Below, piece after piece: positions 22,097 through 30,965 of a stretch of 64,000 nt of DNA. A model generated the notes under the pieces. That model had not been told where the DNA came from and searched no databases. It saw only the letters and a list, made by a program, of their open reading frames with translations. Numbering within the stretch: position 1 is the stretch's first letter; every line of letters begins with the position of its first letter. The DNA comes from Xanthobacteraceae bacterium (GTDB lineage Bacteria > Pseudomonadota > Alphaproteobacteria > Rhizobiales > Xanthobacteraceae), in the NCBI GenBank assembly GCA_035693615.1, contig DASSGH010000051.1, positions 12,608 to 76,607 on the forward strand, read 5' to 3'. The translations under genes were made by a program, and so were the position numbers.

Positions 22097-23724
22097 AGTT
22101 CGGCGCGGTGCCGGTGGGTGAGGCGGAGGGCGGCGTTGCGGTGCATTCGATCCGCCAAGCCGGGCTCGTGTTGAAGAAAGGCACCTTGATCGGCAAGGCC
22201 GAGATCGCCGCGTTGAAGGCCGCCGGCATCGCCGAGATCGTGGTGGCGCGGATCGAGCCCGGCGACGTCTCCGAGGACGCCGCGGCGGCCGAGATCGCGG
22301 CGGCGGTCGCCGGGGAGGGGGTACACGTCGAGCGCGCCTTCACCGGCCGCGCCAATCTCTTCGCCCAAACCGCAGGCGTGCTCGTCGTGGAGAAGGACGC
22401 GGTCGATCGCCTCAATCAGGTCGAGGAGTCCATCACCTTTGCGACGCTGCCGGCCTACAAGCCGGTCGTTGCGGGGGAGATGATCGCCACGGTCAAGATC
22501 ATTCCGTTCGCGGTCGCGGCCAAAGCGCGCGATGCCGCGCTCGCGGTCGCCCGCGCCGCGCGCCCGATGGTGCGGATCGCCCCTTACCGCGTTCGCAAGA
22601 TCGGCGTCGTCTCCACGCTGCTGCCGGGCCTTGCCGGCAAGGTCATCGAAAAAACCTTGAAGGTGACGGAGGAACGCCTGGCGCCGGCGGGCGCCAACAT
22701 CGTTGCCGAACGCCGCGTGCCGCACGAGCAGCGCGCGCTGGCGCGCGCCATCGAGGAGGTGCTCGGGGAGGGCGCCGAACTCGTGATCGTGTTCGGCGCC
22801 TCCGCCATCGCCGACCGGCGCGACGTGATCCCCGCCGCGGTCGAGGCGATCGGCGGGCGCATCGAGCATTTCGGCATGCCGGTCGATCCCGGCATTCTCT
22901 GGCTGATTGGCGCCGCGCGCGGCCGTCCGCTGCTCGGCGCGCCGGGCTGCGCGCGCTCGCCCAAGGAAAACGGATTCGACTGGGTACTCATGCGCTTACT
23001 TGCCGGTCTTGAAGTGCCGCGTGCGGCCATCACCGGCATGGGGGTGGGCGGCCTCCTGATGGAGATCGTCACGCGGCCGCAGCCGCGCGCCGAGCCCCCG
23101 CTCGCCGCCGGCCGGCGCATTGGCGCCGTGGTGCTCGCCGCCGGGCGGTCGACGCGCATGGGCGGGCCGAACAAGCTGCTCGCTGAAATCGCAGGCCGGC
23201 CGCTGGTCCGCATCGTTGTGGAGGAGGCGCTGGCCTCGCGCGCCCGGCCGGTCATCGTGGTGGTGGGGCATCAGCGCGCCGAGGTCGAGAAGGCGCTCGC
23301 CGGCCTGCCGGTCGAGCTTGTCTACAATGCGGATTTCGCGCAGGGGCTGGGCACCTCCGTGAAAGCCGGCATCGCCGCCGTTCCGGCCGAGGCCGATGGC
23401 GCAATCGTCTGCCTCGGCGACATGCCGCAGGTCGATGCCGGCCTGATCGATCGCCTCATTGCGGCCTTCGATCCCGACCGCGGCGGCCTCATCGTCATGC
23501 CGACCGTCGAGGGCCGGCGCGGCAATCCGGTGTTGTGGTCGCGGCGGTTCTTTCCCGACCTGATGGCAATCGAGGGCGACGTGGGCGCACGCCACTTCAT
23601 CGGCCGCTACGGCGAGGCGGTGGTCGAAGTGTCGCTGGAGGGCAGTGCCGCGCTGGTGGATGTCGACACGCCTGAGGCGCTCGTTGGCGTCAAGGCGGCG
23701 ATCGAGGGTGCCTTCTCGAAATGA
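22093..23724 (+). CDS. mocA: fusion protein: molybdopterin-binding (MoeA/CinA-like) domain plus MobA/MocA-like nucleotidyltransferase (probable molybdenum cofactor cytidylyltransferase)
   Basis: 543 aa. The C-terminal part has the GAVVLAAGRSTRMG..NKLL and CLGDMP motifs of MobA-like NTP transferases. The start overlaps the xdhC stop. Confidence 0.75.
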   Translation: MKFGAVPVGEAEGGVAVHSIRQAGLVLKKGTLIGKAEIAALKAAGIAEIVVARIEPGDVSEDAAAAEIAAAVAGEGVHVERAFTGRANLFAQTAGVLVVEKDAVDRLNQVEESITFATLPAYKPVVAGEMIATVKIIPFAVAAKARDAALAVARAARPMVRIAPYRVRKIGVVSTLLPGLAGKVIEKTLKVTEERLAPAGANIVAERRVPHEQRALARAIEEVLGEGAELVIVFGASAIADRRDVIPAAVEAIGGRIEHFGMPVDPGILWLIGAARGRPLLGAPGCARSPKENGFDWVLMRLLAGLEVPRAAITGMGVGGLLMEIVTRPQPRAEPPLAAGRRIGAVVLAAGRSTRMGGPNKLLAEIAGRPLVRIVVEEALASRARPVIVVVGHQRAEVEKALAGLPVELVYNADFAQGLGTSVKAGIAAVPAEADGAIVCLGDMPQVDAGLIDRLIAAFDPDRGGLIVMPTVEGRRGNPVLWSRRFFPDLMAIEGDVGARHFIGRYGEAVVEVSLEGSAALVDVDTPEALVGVKAAIEGAFSK

Positions 23725-23753
23725 ATGGGCCCGCTGCGAGCAGGGCTACGCCG

Positions 23754-23972
23754 TCAGCCGCCGGGACGGCACCACAATATGGTGCACACCGGCACCGGGC
23801 TGTTGCGTTCGCAGCGCCGCAGCGCGAACAGCTTGGCGTCGATGATGTCGTAGCTGCGGCCGTATCCGCCTGAGCCCAGCCCGGTCGCAAAACAAACCCA
23901 TGCCGAGGCCTCCGAGGAGGCCAGCGTCAACAACGAACCGGCAACGACTAACGCAGCGAGAGTCCGTCCCAT
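23754..23972 (-). CDS. small secreted cysteine-rich protein (DUF4189-like, tentative)
   Basis: 72 aa. The signal peptide is MGRTLAALVVAGSLLTLASSEASA, and the mature 48-aa part carries 4 Cys. Confidence 0.45.
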   Translation of the reverse strand: MGRTLAALVVAGSLLTLASSEASAWVCFATGLGSGGYGRSYDIIDAKLFALRRCERNSPVPVCTILWCRPGG

Positions 23973-24114
23973 CTCGTTCTCCTCAGCTCGGGGATAGGGG
24001 CTCTTTCTGCTGGGTTCGTTTGGCCAAAATGAGGGGGTCGTCGGCTGCGCGGCATTTTCCTTAACGGGGTTGCGGAACCCGAAGCCTTGCGCGCGGCCGC
24101 TTCGCCCTGTATTA

Positions 24115-24132
24115 TGACTGACCAGTCAGTCA
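24115..24132. promoter_or_regulatory. perfect 8-2-8 palindrome, probable TetR operator
   Basis: TGACTGAC-ca-GTCAGTCA. A TATTAT -10-like hexamer (24110-24115) abuts and slightly overlaps its upstream edge, and the tetR ATG lies 18 nt downstream of it. Confidence 0.6.
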
Positions 24133-24149
24133 GTTTTGAGCCGGTCGAA

Positions 24150-24812
24150 ATGGCGGCGCGCACAACGCAAAGGAGAAAGCGTCCCGCGCGCCAAGCCGCG
24201 GCGCGGCAGGATGGTCGCGCCGCGCGGCGCGAGCAGCGGCGGGCGGCCATCCTCGCCGCCGCGCTGGAGGAGTTCGTGGGGCGCGGCTTTGCCGCAGCAC
24301 GGCTCGATGACGTCGCCCGCCGCGCGCGCATCGCCAAGGGCACGATCTATCTCTACTTCCGCGACAAGGAGAGCCTGTTCCAGGAGCTCGTGCGCACGAT
24401 GCTCAGCCCCCTGGTCGGCACGATCGAAGCGGCGCCGCTGCGCGATGTGCCGATCCGTTCCGTAGCCGAGATGATCGTCGACGTGTTCATCAAGGAAATC
24501 TACGGCACGCGGCGCAAGGACGTCATTCGACTCATCATCTCCGAGGGGCCGCGCTTTCCCAAGCTCGCGGAGGTCTACTACCGCGAGGTGATCGCGCGGG
24601 TGCTGCCGGTCATCCGCGGCCGGCTCGCGCTGGCGGTGGAGCGTGGTGAGCTTTCGCGCGACGCGCTCGCCCGCTTTCCGCAATTGCTGGTCGCCCCGGC
24701 GCTGGTCGCCGTCATTTGGAACGGCTTGTTCGGGCGCTTCGCGCCGCTCGAGATCCGGGAACTCATGCGCGCTCACCTCGATCTGCTGTTCGGGGACGGG
24801 AGCGCGTCATGA
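24150..24812 (+). CDS. TetR/AcrR family transcriptional regulator
   Basis: I prefer the start at 24150 because the palindrome lies upstream of it. The HTH is FAAARLDDVARRARIAKGTIYLYF. Confidence 0.85.
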   Translation: MAARTTQRRKRPARQAAARQDGRAARREQRRAAILAAALEEFVGRGFAAARLDDVARRARIAKGTIYLYFRDKESLFQELVRTMLSPLVGTIEAAPLRDVPIRSVAEMIVDVFIKEIYGTRRKDVIRLIISEGPRFPKLAEVYYREVIARVLPVIRGRLALAVERGELSRDALARFPQLLVAPALVAVIWNGLFGRFAPLEIRELMRAHLDLLFGDGSAS

Positions 24813-25561
24813 ACGGTTTGCGCCTGGCGCTCGCAATGCTGCTCGCGCTCACCGGCTGCGACAAAGGCAAGGAGCCGGTTTTCCAGGGCTGGGTCGAGGC
24901 CGAGCTGATCTTCGTCGGCCCGGATGAGACCGGGCGCATTGAGACGCTCTCGGTGCGGGAGGGAGATCACGTCGAACGCGGCGCGCTGCTGTTCACGGTT
25001 GACCCCGATCTGCAGCTTGCCGACGTCGCCATGCAGGAGGCGGCGGTCAAGAACGCACAGATCGCTTACGACCGCGCCCAGCAGCTCGCCAAGACGATGG
25101 CCGGCACGCAAAAGTCTCTGGACGACGCCGAGGCTGTGCTGCGCACCGCGCAGGCGAGGCTCAATTCGGCGCAGACCAGGCTCACGCGCCGCAAGGTGTT
25201 CAGCCCGGTCAGCGGCTCGGTCCAGCAGATCTACTACCGCGGTGGCGAGCTGGTGCCGGCGGGCAAGCCGATCCTCGCGCTGTTGCCTCCCGGCAATCTC
25301 AAGGTGCGCTTCTTCGTCAACGAAGCGATGCTGCCCAAGCTCAAATTCGGTGACCCCGTCGACATCACTTGCGACGGCTGCGACGCCGGCATTCGCGCCA
25401 GGATCAGCTTCATTTCGCGCGCCTCCGAATTCACGCCGCCGGTGATCTACAGCATGGACGAACGCTCGAAGCTCGTGTTCTTGATCGAGGCCCGACCGGA
25501 ACGGCCCGAGCGGCTGCGCGTCGGCCAGCCGGTGAGCGTCGCGCTGGGTCAGGGCGAATGA
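24809..25561 (+). CDS. HlyD-family periplasmic adaptor (lipoprotein)
   Basis: The ATG at 24809 overlaps the tetR stop (ATGA). The product begins MNGLRLALAMLLALTGC (lipobox) and has coiled-coil and barrel-sandwich sequence. Confidence 0.8.
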   Translation: MNGLRLALAMLLALTGCDKGKEPVFQGWVEAELIFVGPDETGRIETLSVREGDHVERGALLFTVDPDLQLADVAMQEAAVKNAQIAYDRAQQLAKTMAGTQKSLDDAEAVLRTAQARLNSAQTRLTRRKVFSPVSGSVQQIYYRGGELVPAGKPILALLPPGNLKVRFFVNEAMLPKLKFGDPVDITCDGCDAGIRARISFISRASEFTPPVIYSMDERSKLVFLIEARPERPERLRVGQPVSVALGQGE

Positions 25562-26499
25562 CGACGGCCGGGGATATCGCCATCGAGGTCGAGGGGCTGA
25601 CGAAATCCTTCGACGGGCGCAAGGCCGTGCGCAACCTGTCGCTGCGCGTCAAGCGCGGGCAGATCTACGGCTTCCTCGGGCCGAACGGGTCGGGCAAGAC
25701 CACGACCATCCGCATGCTGTGCGGTCTGCTCACCCCCGACGAAGGCCGCGGCACGTGCCTTGGCTACGACATCCGCACGCAAGCGGACGAGATCAAGCAC
25801 CACGTCGGCTACATGACGCAGCGCTTCAGTCTCTACCAGGATCTCTCGGTGCGCGAGAACCTGGAATTCGTCGCGCGCCTCTATGGCCTTGCCCATCCGG
25901 CGGCGGCCGCCCGCGCCATGATCGACCGGCTCGGGCTCGTGGACCGTCAGGCGCAGCTTGCCGGCGAACTCTCGGGCGGATGGAAGCAGCGGCTTGCGCT
26001 CGGCGCCTGCACGCTGCCCAATCCGCAGCTTCTGCTGCTCGACGAGCCTACCGCGGGCGTCGACCCGAAGGCGCGGCGCGAGTTCTGGAACGAGATCCAT
26101 GCGCTCGCGGCGCACGGCCTGACCGTGCTGGTCTCCACCCATTACATGGACGAGGCCGAGCGCTGCCACGAGATCGCCTATATCGCCTACGGCGTTCTGC
26201 TCGCGCACGGCACAGTCGGCGAGGTGATCGCGGCCTCGCGGCTCGTCACCTACACTGTCAGCGCCCGCGACGGGGAGGGGCTGAGCGCGCTCGCCGAGGA
26301 ATTGAGCCGGCGTGCGGGGGTCGACATGGTCGCACCGTTCGGGACCAGCCTGCACGTGTGCGCCCGCGATGCGACGGCACTCGAGGCTGCCATTGCGCCG
26401 TACCGCGCGCAGCCGCAGCTCGCTTGGACCCGCTCGGAGCCGTCGCTGGAGGACGTGTTCATCGACCTCATGGGGCGCGCCCAGGATCGCTTGCAATGA
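25558..26499 (+). CDS. ABC transporter ATP-binding protein (ABC-2 type exporter)
   Basis: The ATG at 25558 overlaps the hlyD stop. It has Walker A GPNGSGKTT, signature LSGGWKQRL and Walker B LLLLDEPT. Confidence 0.9.
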   Translation: MTTAGDIAIEVEGLTKSFDGRKAVRNLSLRVKRGQIYGFLGPNGSGKTTTIRMLCGLLTPDEGRGTCLGYDIRTQADEIKHHVGYMTQRFSLYQDLSVRENLEFVARLYGLAHPAAAARAMIDRLGLVDRQAQLAGELSGGWKQRLALGACTLPNPQLLLLDEPTAGVDPKARREFWNEIHALAAHGLTVLVSTHYMDEAERCHEIAYIAYGVLLAHGTVGEVIAASRLVTYTVSARDGEGLSALAEELSRRAGVDMVAPFGTSLHVCARDATALEAAIAPYRAQPQLAWTRSEPSLEDVFIDLMGRAQDRLQ

Positions 26500-27650
26500 C
26501 GACGTTGCCAGTAACGCCCGCACCGCGTGCGTCCGGCGGCTTCTGGCGCCGGACGCTGGCGATGCTGATCAAGGAATTCATCCAGCTCAAGCGGGACCGC
26601 GTCTCGTTCGCGATGATTGTGATGATTCCGCTCGTCCAGCTTCTGCTGTTCGGTTACGCCATCAACACCAACCCGCGCCATCTGCCGACCGCGGTGCTAT
26701 TGCAGGAGCAGAGCGATCTTGGCCGGTCCATCCTCAAGGCGATTCAAAACACCGCATATTTCGACGTCACCCATATTGTCCACGATGAAACCGAGTTCGA
26801 TCGTCTGCTCGCCTCGGGTGCGGTGCTGTTCGCGATCGAGATTCCCGCCAACTTCGAGCGCGCGGTGCGACGTGGCGACCGGCCGGCGCTGCTGGTCGCC
26901 GCCGACGCGACCGACCCCGTGGCCGCCGGCTCGGCCATGGCCGCGCTCGGCACATTGGTGCAGACCGCGCTCGTGCACGACCGTGCCGTTCCCGACGGCG
27001 CGGGAGCGCCGTTCGAGATCCGCACTCATGCCCGCTACAACCCGGCGGCCAACACCTCGTTGAACATCGTGCCGGGCCTGGTCGGCACCATTCTGACCAT
27101 GACCATGTTGATCTTCACCGCGCTGTCGGTGACGCGCGAGATCGAACGCGGAACCATGGAAAGCCTTTTGGCCATGCCGATCACGCCGGTCGAGATCATG
27201 CTCGGCAAGATCGTTCCCTACATCATGGTCGGCTTCGTGCAGGCCTCCCTCATCATCGGAATTGGCATTGGCTTGTTCGGCGTGCCGCTCCTGGGAAGCC
27301 TGCTGCTGTTGGCGCTGCTCAGCACACTGTTCATCACGACCAATCTTTCGGTCGGCTATACCTTTTCGACCATCGCGCAGAACCAGCTGCAGGCGATGCA
27401 GATGTCGATGATGTTCTTCCTGCCCAACATCCTGCTCTCCGGCTTCATGTTCCCATTCGCCGGCATGCCGGCCTGGGCGCAATGGATCGGCGAACTGCTG
27501 CCGCTCACGCACTACCTTCGCATTGTGCGCGGGATCATGCTCAAGGGCGCGGCGCTTGCGGATCTGCGTTACGATACGCTTGCCCTGGCTGGGCTCATGC
27601 TGGTCGCGATGGTGATCGCGATCAGCCGTTTCCGGCGTACGCTGGACTAA
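26496..27650 (+). CDS. ABC-2 type transporter permease
   Basis: The ATG at 26496 overlaps the ATPase stop. The product begins MTTLPVTPAPRASGGFWRRTLAMLIKEFIQLKRDR and has 6 predicted TM helices. The upstream 259 codons of the track ORF are out-of-frame overlap with the ATPase gene. Confidence 0.85.
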   Translation: MTTLPVTPAPRASGGFWRRTLAMLIKEFIQLKRDRVSFAMIVMIPLVQLLLFGYAINTNPRHLPTAVLLQEQSDLGRSILKAIQNTAYFDVTHIVHDETEFDRLLASGAVLFAIEIPANFERAVRRGDRPALLVAADATDPVAAGSAMAALGTLVQTALVHDRAVPDGAGAPFEIRTHARYNPAANTSLNIVPGLVGTILTMTMLIFTALSVTREIERGTMESLLAMPITPVEIMLGKIVPYIMVGFVQASLIIGIGIGLFGVPLLGSLLLLALLSTLFITTNLSVGYTFSTIAQNQLQAMQMSMMFFLPNILLSGFMFPFAGMPAWAQWIGELLPLTHYLRIVRGIMLKGAALADLRYDTLALAGLMLVAMVIAISRFRRTLD

Positions 27651-27680
27651 TTGGCCGGCGGGACAGGCGGCGGGGTGCCA

Positions 27681-28418
27681 TCAAACGAGCAGTGCGGCCT
27701 TCATCCGCGCTCCTTCAACTGCACGAGTGCCACGCCCAACGCCGCCACCGCAAAGCCCGCGATTTGAATGAGGTGGATCGCCTCGCCGAAGCCGGCATAG
27801 GCCATCAGCGCCGACACTGCTTAGCACCCAATCCCCCGCGCGCGGCATCTCGTCCGCAAGCTTCACGAAAGTGGAGTCGTCGCGGCCGTCGACCTTGAGC
27901 AAGGCGAGGTCGCTGATCGGATCGCTGCCGACCACCTTGGCAGTGTAGGTCCTTTGATCGTCGGTCTGGACCTCTGCCGTTTTGCTTCCCTCAATCACGT
28001 GGTTATTGGTGACGGCGTAGCCGTCCGCGGAAATGAAGAAGCCGGATCCTTGCGTCATCACCGTCTTGGGTCGATGCCGACCGCTCGGTGCTTGCGGCGT
28101 CAGCGGCGCTCCGAAATGACGGAAGAGGTTGGAGCCGACCTGCTCGTGGGAGGGCTCCGAGCGCTTGGTCTGCACGCCGAACACGGCAGGCTTCACTTGA
28201 TCGACGATGTCGGCAAAGCCCGCCGGACCACGGCTGCTGGGCCCGAATAGCAGCGCGGCTGAGCGCAGCGGAACCGACTGCGCCGGAAGACGCCAATTGG
28301 GCGATATGAGGTGGACGCCGAAGATTCCTGCCGCCGCCGCCAAGACGACGACGCAAACGAGCGCGCAGATGCGCGCTACTGATGCGCGCGATTTCGCCGG
28401 GGTGGTCTCGTGGTCCAT
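27681..28418 (-). pseudogene. truncated HtrA/DegP-family serine protease (N-terminal third only), joined to the C-terminal remnant of a DMT/EamA-type transporter
   Basis: The N-terminal TM plus catalytic His (TNNHVI) and Asp (DLALLKV) are present. Homology ends after GDWVL, and there is no GNSGGP serine or PDZ domain. A different frame (27701-27819) reads AVSALMAYAGFGEAIHLIQIAGFAVAALGVALVQLKERG-stop, a typical EamA last helix. Confidence 0.65.
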
Positions 28419-28679
28419 GCATCCTCGCTGTTTCCACGGCCGTGCCGGGGTGTTGGTGGTCGAAAACGCGACGGCCCACGGCGCCAACTGTCGTCCTCAG
28501 CGGGGTCGTCCTTGCGCCGACGGGAGAACGCGGGGGCGGCAACGCGGTTCCGGGCGATGCCGCTCGGGGCATGATGCCCAGTTGCTCGTGTGACAACCGC
28601 CCGGGTAGTGGGTTAGTTTGATTGTGGCGGGCCTTGACCAGCCCTCGCGATTTGAGGGGTTCGGGCGCATATTGCGAGC

Positions 28680-28862
28680 ATGGGCATTATTCCTAAATTG
28701 CTATGGGCCTACGGGGTTGTTGCCTGCCTAACGCTCATTTTCCAGATTTGGGTTCGATGGGACGTATGCGGCAACACATGCACCATTAGCTTTGCGAAGG
28801 CTGTCGTTTGGGCGGTTATTTGGCCCGCGTCGTGGGTCGTCTATCTTGCCGGAATGTTCTGA
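28680..28862 (+). CDS. hypothetical small membrane protein
   Basis: 60-aa Trp-rich ORF with two hydrophobic segments, inside a lower-GC patch. There is no clear RBS. Confidence 0.3.
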   Translation: MGIIPKLLWAYGVVACLTLIFQIWVRWDVCGNTCTISFAKAVVWAVIWPASWVVYLAGMF

Positions 28863-28998
28863 AATATGTCAGCCCGCCGCAAACGTCCCCGCGATCCCAA
28901 TCAGCTTGCCAAGCTGGTCGTGCGATGTCGGGGATGGACGTGATGAAGGACCTAGTCGAGATGCTGGAAGCGTTCGAGGCGAGCCAAGGACGCGCGGC

Positions 28999-29226
28999 CT
29001 AGGCTTGCTGCTCTCGAATTTCTTTTAGTGCTCGCTCGCACAAAAGATCGGGATTGAGTTCACCGGCTTTGGCAAGTTCGATGATTCGCTTCGCGACGAT
29101 TTGATTGGCGAGATCGCCCCCATCTGCAAGCCCGAGGGCCACGCGAACCATTTCGAACGCAACGCCCATGACGCGCGTGGCCTCGGGGTCGAGCCTGGCG
29201 TTGTCCAAATATGGCGTGATGGGCAT
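28999..29226 (-). CDS. conserved hypothetical protein
   Basis: I prefer the start at MPITPYLD (29224-29226). The 75-aa helical protein MGVAFEMVRVALGLAD...IIELAKAGELNPDLLCERAL resembles small hypothetical proteins common in Bradyrhizobiaceae (from memory, unverified). Confidence 0.5.
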   Translation of the reverse strand: MPITPYLDNARLDPEATRVMGVAFEMVRVALGLADGGDLANQIVAKRIIELAKAGELNPDLLCERALKEIREQQA

Positions 29227-29395
29227 GAGACTGCCCCCAACTCGGCAATGGAACAATCATTACACTGATTGCTTGTGGTTTGTCAGTCGGGTTCCCGACA
29301 ATCCACTGCCATACTCGATCTGACCCCGCGCCCGACACACAGCAGGAACCCCCCGATCCCGGGGCGCGTTGGCCGGCAGTTGAGGCGAGGCCGCC

Positions 29396-30585
29396 ATGGG
29401 CGAAGCTGCGCCGCGTTACTTCACCATCAATTTCGGGCCGCAGCATCCGGCGGCGCACGGCGTGCTGCGGCTCGTATTGGAGCTCGACGGCGAAGTGGTG
29501 GAGCGCGTCGATCCGCATATCGGCCTGCTGCACCGAGGCACCGAGAAGCTGATCGAGCACAAGACCTACCTACAGGCGATCCCGTATTTCGACCGGCTCG
29601 ATTATGTCGCGCCGATGAACTAGGAGCACGCATTCTGCCTCGCAGCCGAAAAGCTCCTCGGCCTCGCCGTGCCCAAGCGGGCACAGCTCATTCGCGTGCT
29701 CTTTTGCGAGATCGGGCGGCTGCTCTCGCATCTGCTCAACGTGACGACGCAGGCCATGGACGTCGGCGCGCTGACGCCGCCGCTCTGGGGGTTTGAAGAA
29801 CGCGAGAAGCTCATGGTGTTCTATGAGCGCGCCTCGGGAGCTCGCATGCACGCGAATTACTTCCGCGTCGCGGCGTGCACCAGGATCTGCCGCCGAAGCT
29901 GCTCGACGATATCGCCGCGTTTTGCGATCCTTTCCTCAAGGTTTGCGACGATATCGAAGGGCTGCTGACGGAAAATCGCATTTTCAAGCAGCGCAACGTC
30001 GACATCGGCGCGATCACGCGCGAAGATGCGTGGGGGTGGGGATTTTCCGGCGTCATGGTGCGCGGCTCGGGTGCCGCCTGGGATCTGCGCAAGGCGCAAC
30101 CCTACGAGTGCTATTCCGAGCTCGATTTCGACACTCCCGTCGGCAAGAACGGCGACAATTACGACCGTTATCTCGTGCGGATGGAGGAAATGCGCCAGGC
30201 GGTGCGCATCATGAAGCAGTGCCTGCAGAAACTGCAGTCGCGGGAAGGCGCGGGACCGGTCGCGGTCAAGGACTACAAGAACGTTCCGCCGCCGCGCGCC
30301 GAGATGAAGCGCTCGATGGAGGCGACCATCCACCATTTCAAGCTCTACACCGAGGGCCATCACGTGCCCGCCGGGGAGGTCTACGCCGCGGTCGAGGCGC
30401 CGAAGGGGGAGTTCGGCGTCTATCTGATCGCCGACGGCACCAATCGCCCCTACAAGTGCAAGATCCGGGCCCCGTCCTTCGCCCACCTGCAGGCTATGGA
30501 TTTCTTGACCCGCGGGCACATGCTGGCGGACGTCTCGGCGATCATCGGCTCGCTCGATATCGTGTTCGGCGAGATCGATCGCTGA
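29396..30585 (+). pseudogene. nuoD: orphan NADH-quinone oxidoreductase subunit D (nuoD) pseudogene
   Basis: Full-length NuoD homology is split over three track ORFs (29396-29623, 29669-29968, 29875-30585). An in-frame TAG at 29621-29623 sits where NuoD proteins have Gln (APMN-Q-EHAF). One G is missing near 29870 (FRV-GGVHQDLP). No nuoC or nuoE flanks it. Confidence 0.8.
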
Positions 30586-30626
30586 GTTGGCGCCGCTGCT
30601 GTATACGCGCGATCGGAGACAGCGTC

Positions 30627-30965
30627 ATGATCGACACGCTTGCGGAGAAGACGTGCACCCCCTGTCGCGGTGACGTTCCGCCGCTCAGTGCCGATGAGGC
30701 GCTCGGCTTACAGAGGCAGACGCCGGGTTGGGAGCTGCGCGATGACGCCCACCGCATCGAGCGCACCTTTCGGTTCCGCAATTTTCGCGAAGCGCTCGCC
30801 TTCGTGCAGCGGGTCGGCGAGCTTGCCGAGGCGGAAGGACATCACCCCGACGTCAGCTTCGGTTGGGGCTACGCGACCGTGTCGCTGAGCACGAAGAAGA
30901 TCAAGGGATTGCACGAGAACGACTTCATCATGGCGAGCAAGATCGACCGCATGCTGACCTCATGA
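30627..30965 (+). CDS. phhB: 4a-hydroxytetrahydrobiopterin dehydratase (pterin-4-alpha-carbinolamine dehydratase)
   Basis: 112 aa starting at ATG 30627. W.L.....I.R.F.F.NF..A..F...V...AE...HHPD....W..V.....T is the PCD signature. Confidence 0.85.
   Translation: MIDTLAEKTCTPCRGDVPPLSADEALGLQRQTPGWELRDDAHRIERTFRFRNFREALAFVQRVGELAEAEGHHPDVSFGWGYATVSLSTKKIKGLHENDFIMASKIDRMLTS

Noticed and set aside
14071-22869. Series of long minus-strand ORFs through the cox cluster (14071-15045, 14711-15655, 16625-17680, 17470-18543, 19821-20909, 20960-21988, 21892-22869)
   Set aside because: Each is antisense to a plus-strand gene with strong family signatures. They are shadow ORFs.
25719-26495. 259-codon N-terminal extension of the ABC-2 permease ORF
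   Set aside because: It overlaps the ABC ATPase gene out of frame and is Arg/Pro/Gly-rich. The ATG at 26496, overlapping the ATPase stop, gives a normal permease N-terminus.
28866-28943. 25-codon ORF MSARRKRPRDPNQLAKLVVRCRGWT
   Set aside because: Its N-terminus vaguely resembles small conserved hypothetical proteins and may be a frameshifted remnant. It is too short and unverifiable to call as a gene. I mention it only as context for the decayed patch.
29793-30626. Upstream part of the 390-aa ORF 29793-30965
   Set aside because: It is an out-of-frame read through the nuoD pseudogene. Only the last 112 codons (from ATG 30627) match pterin-4a-carbinolamine dehydratase.
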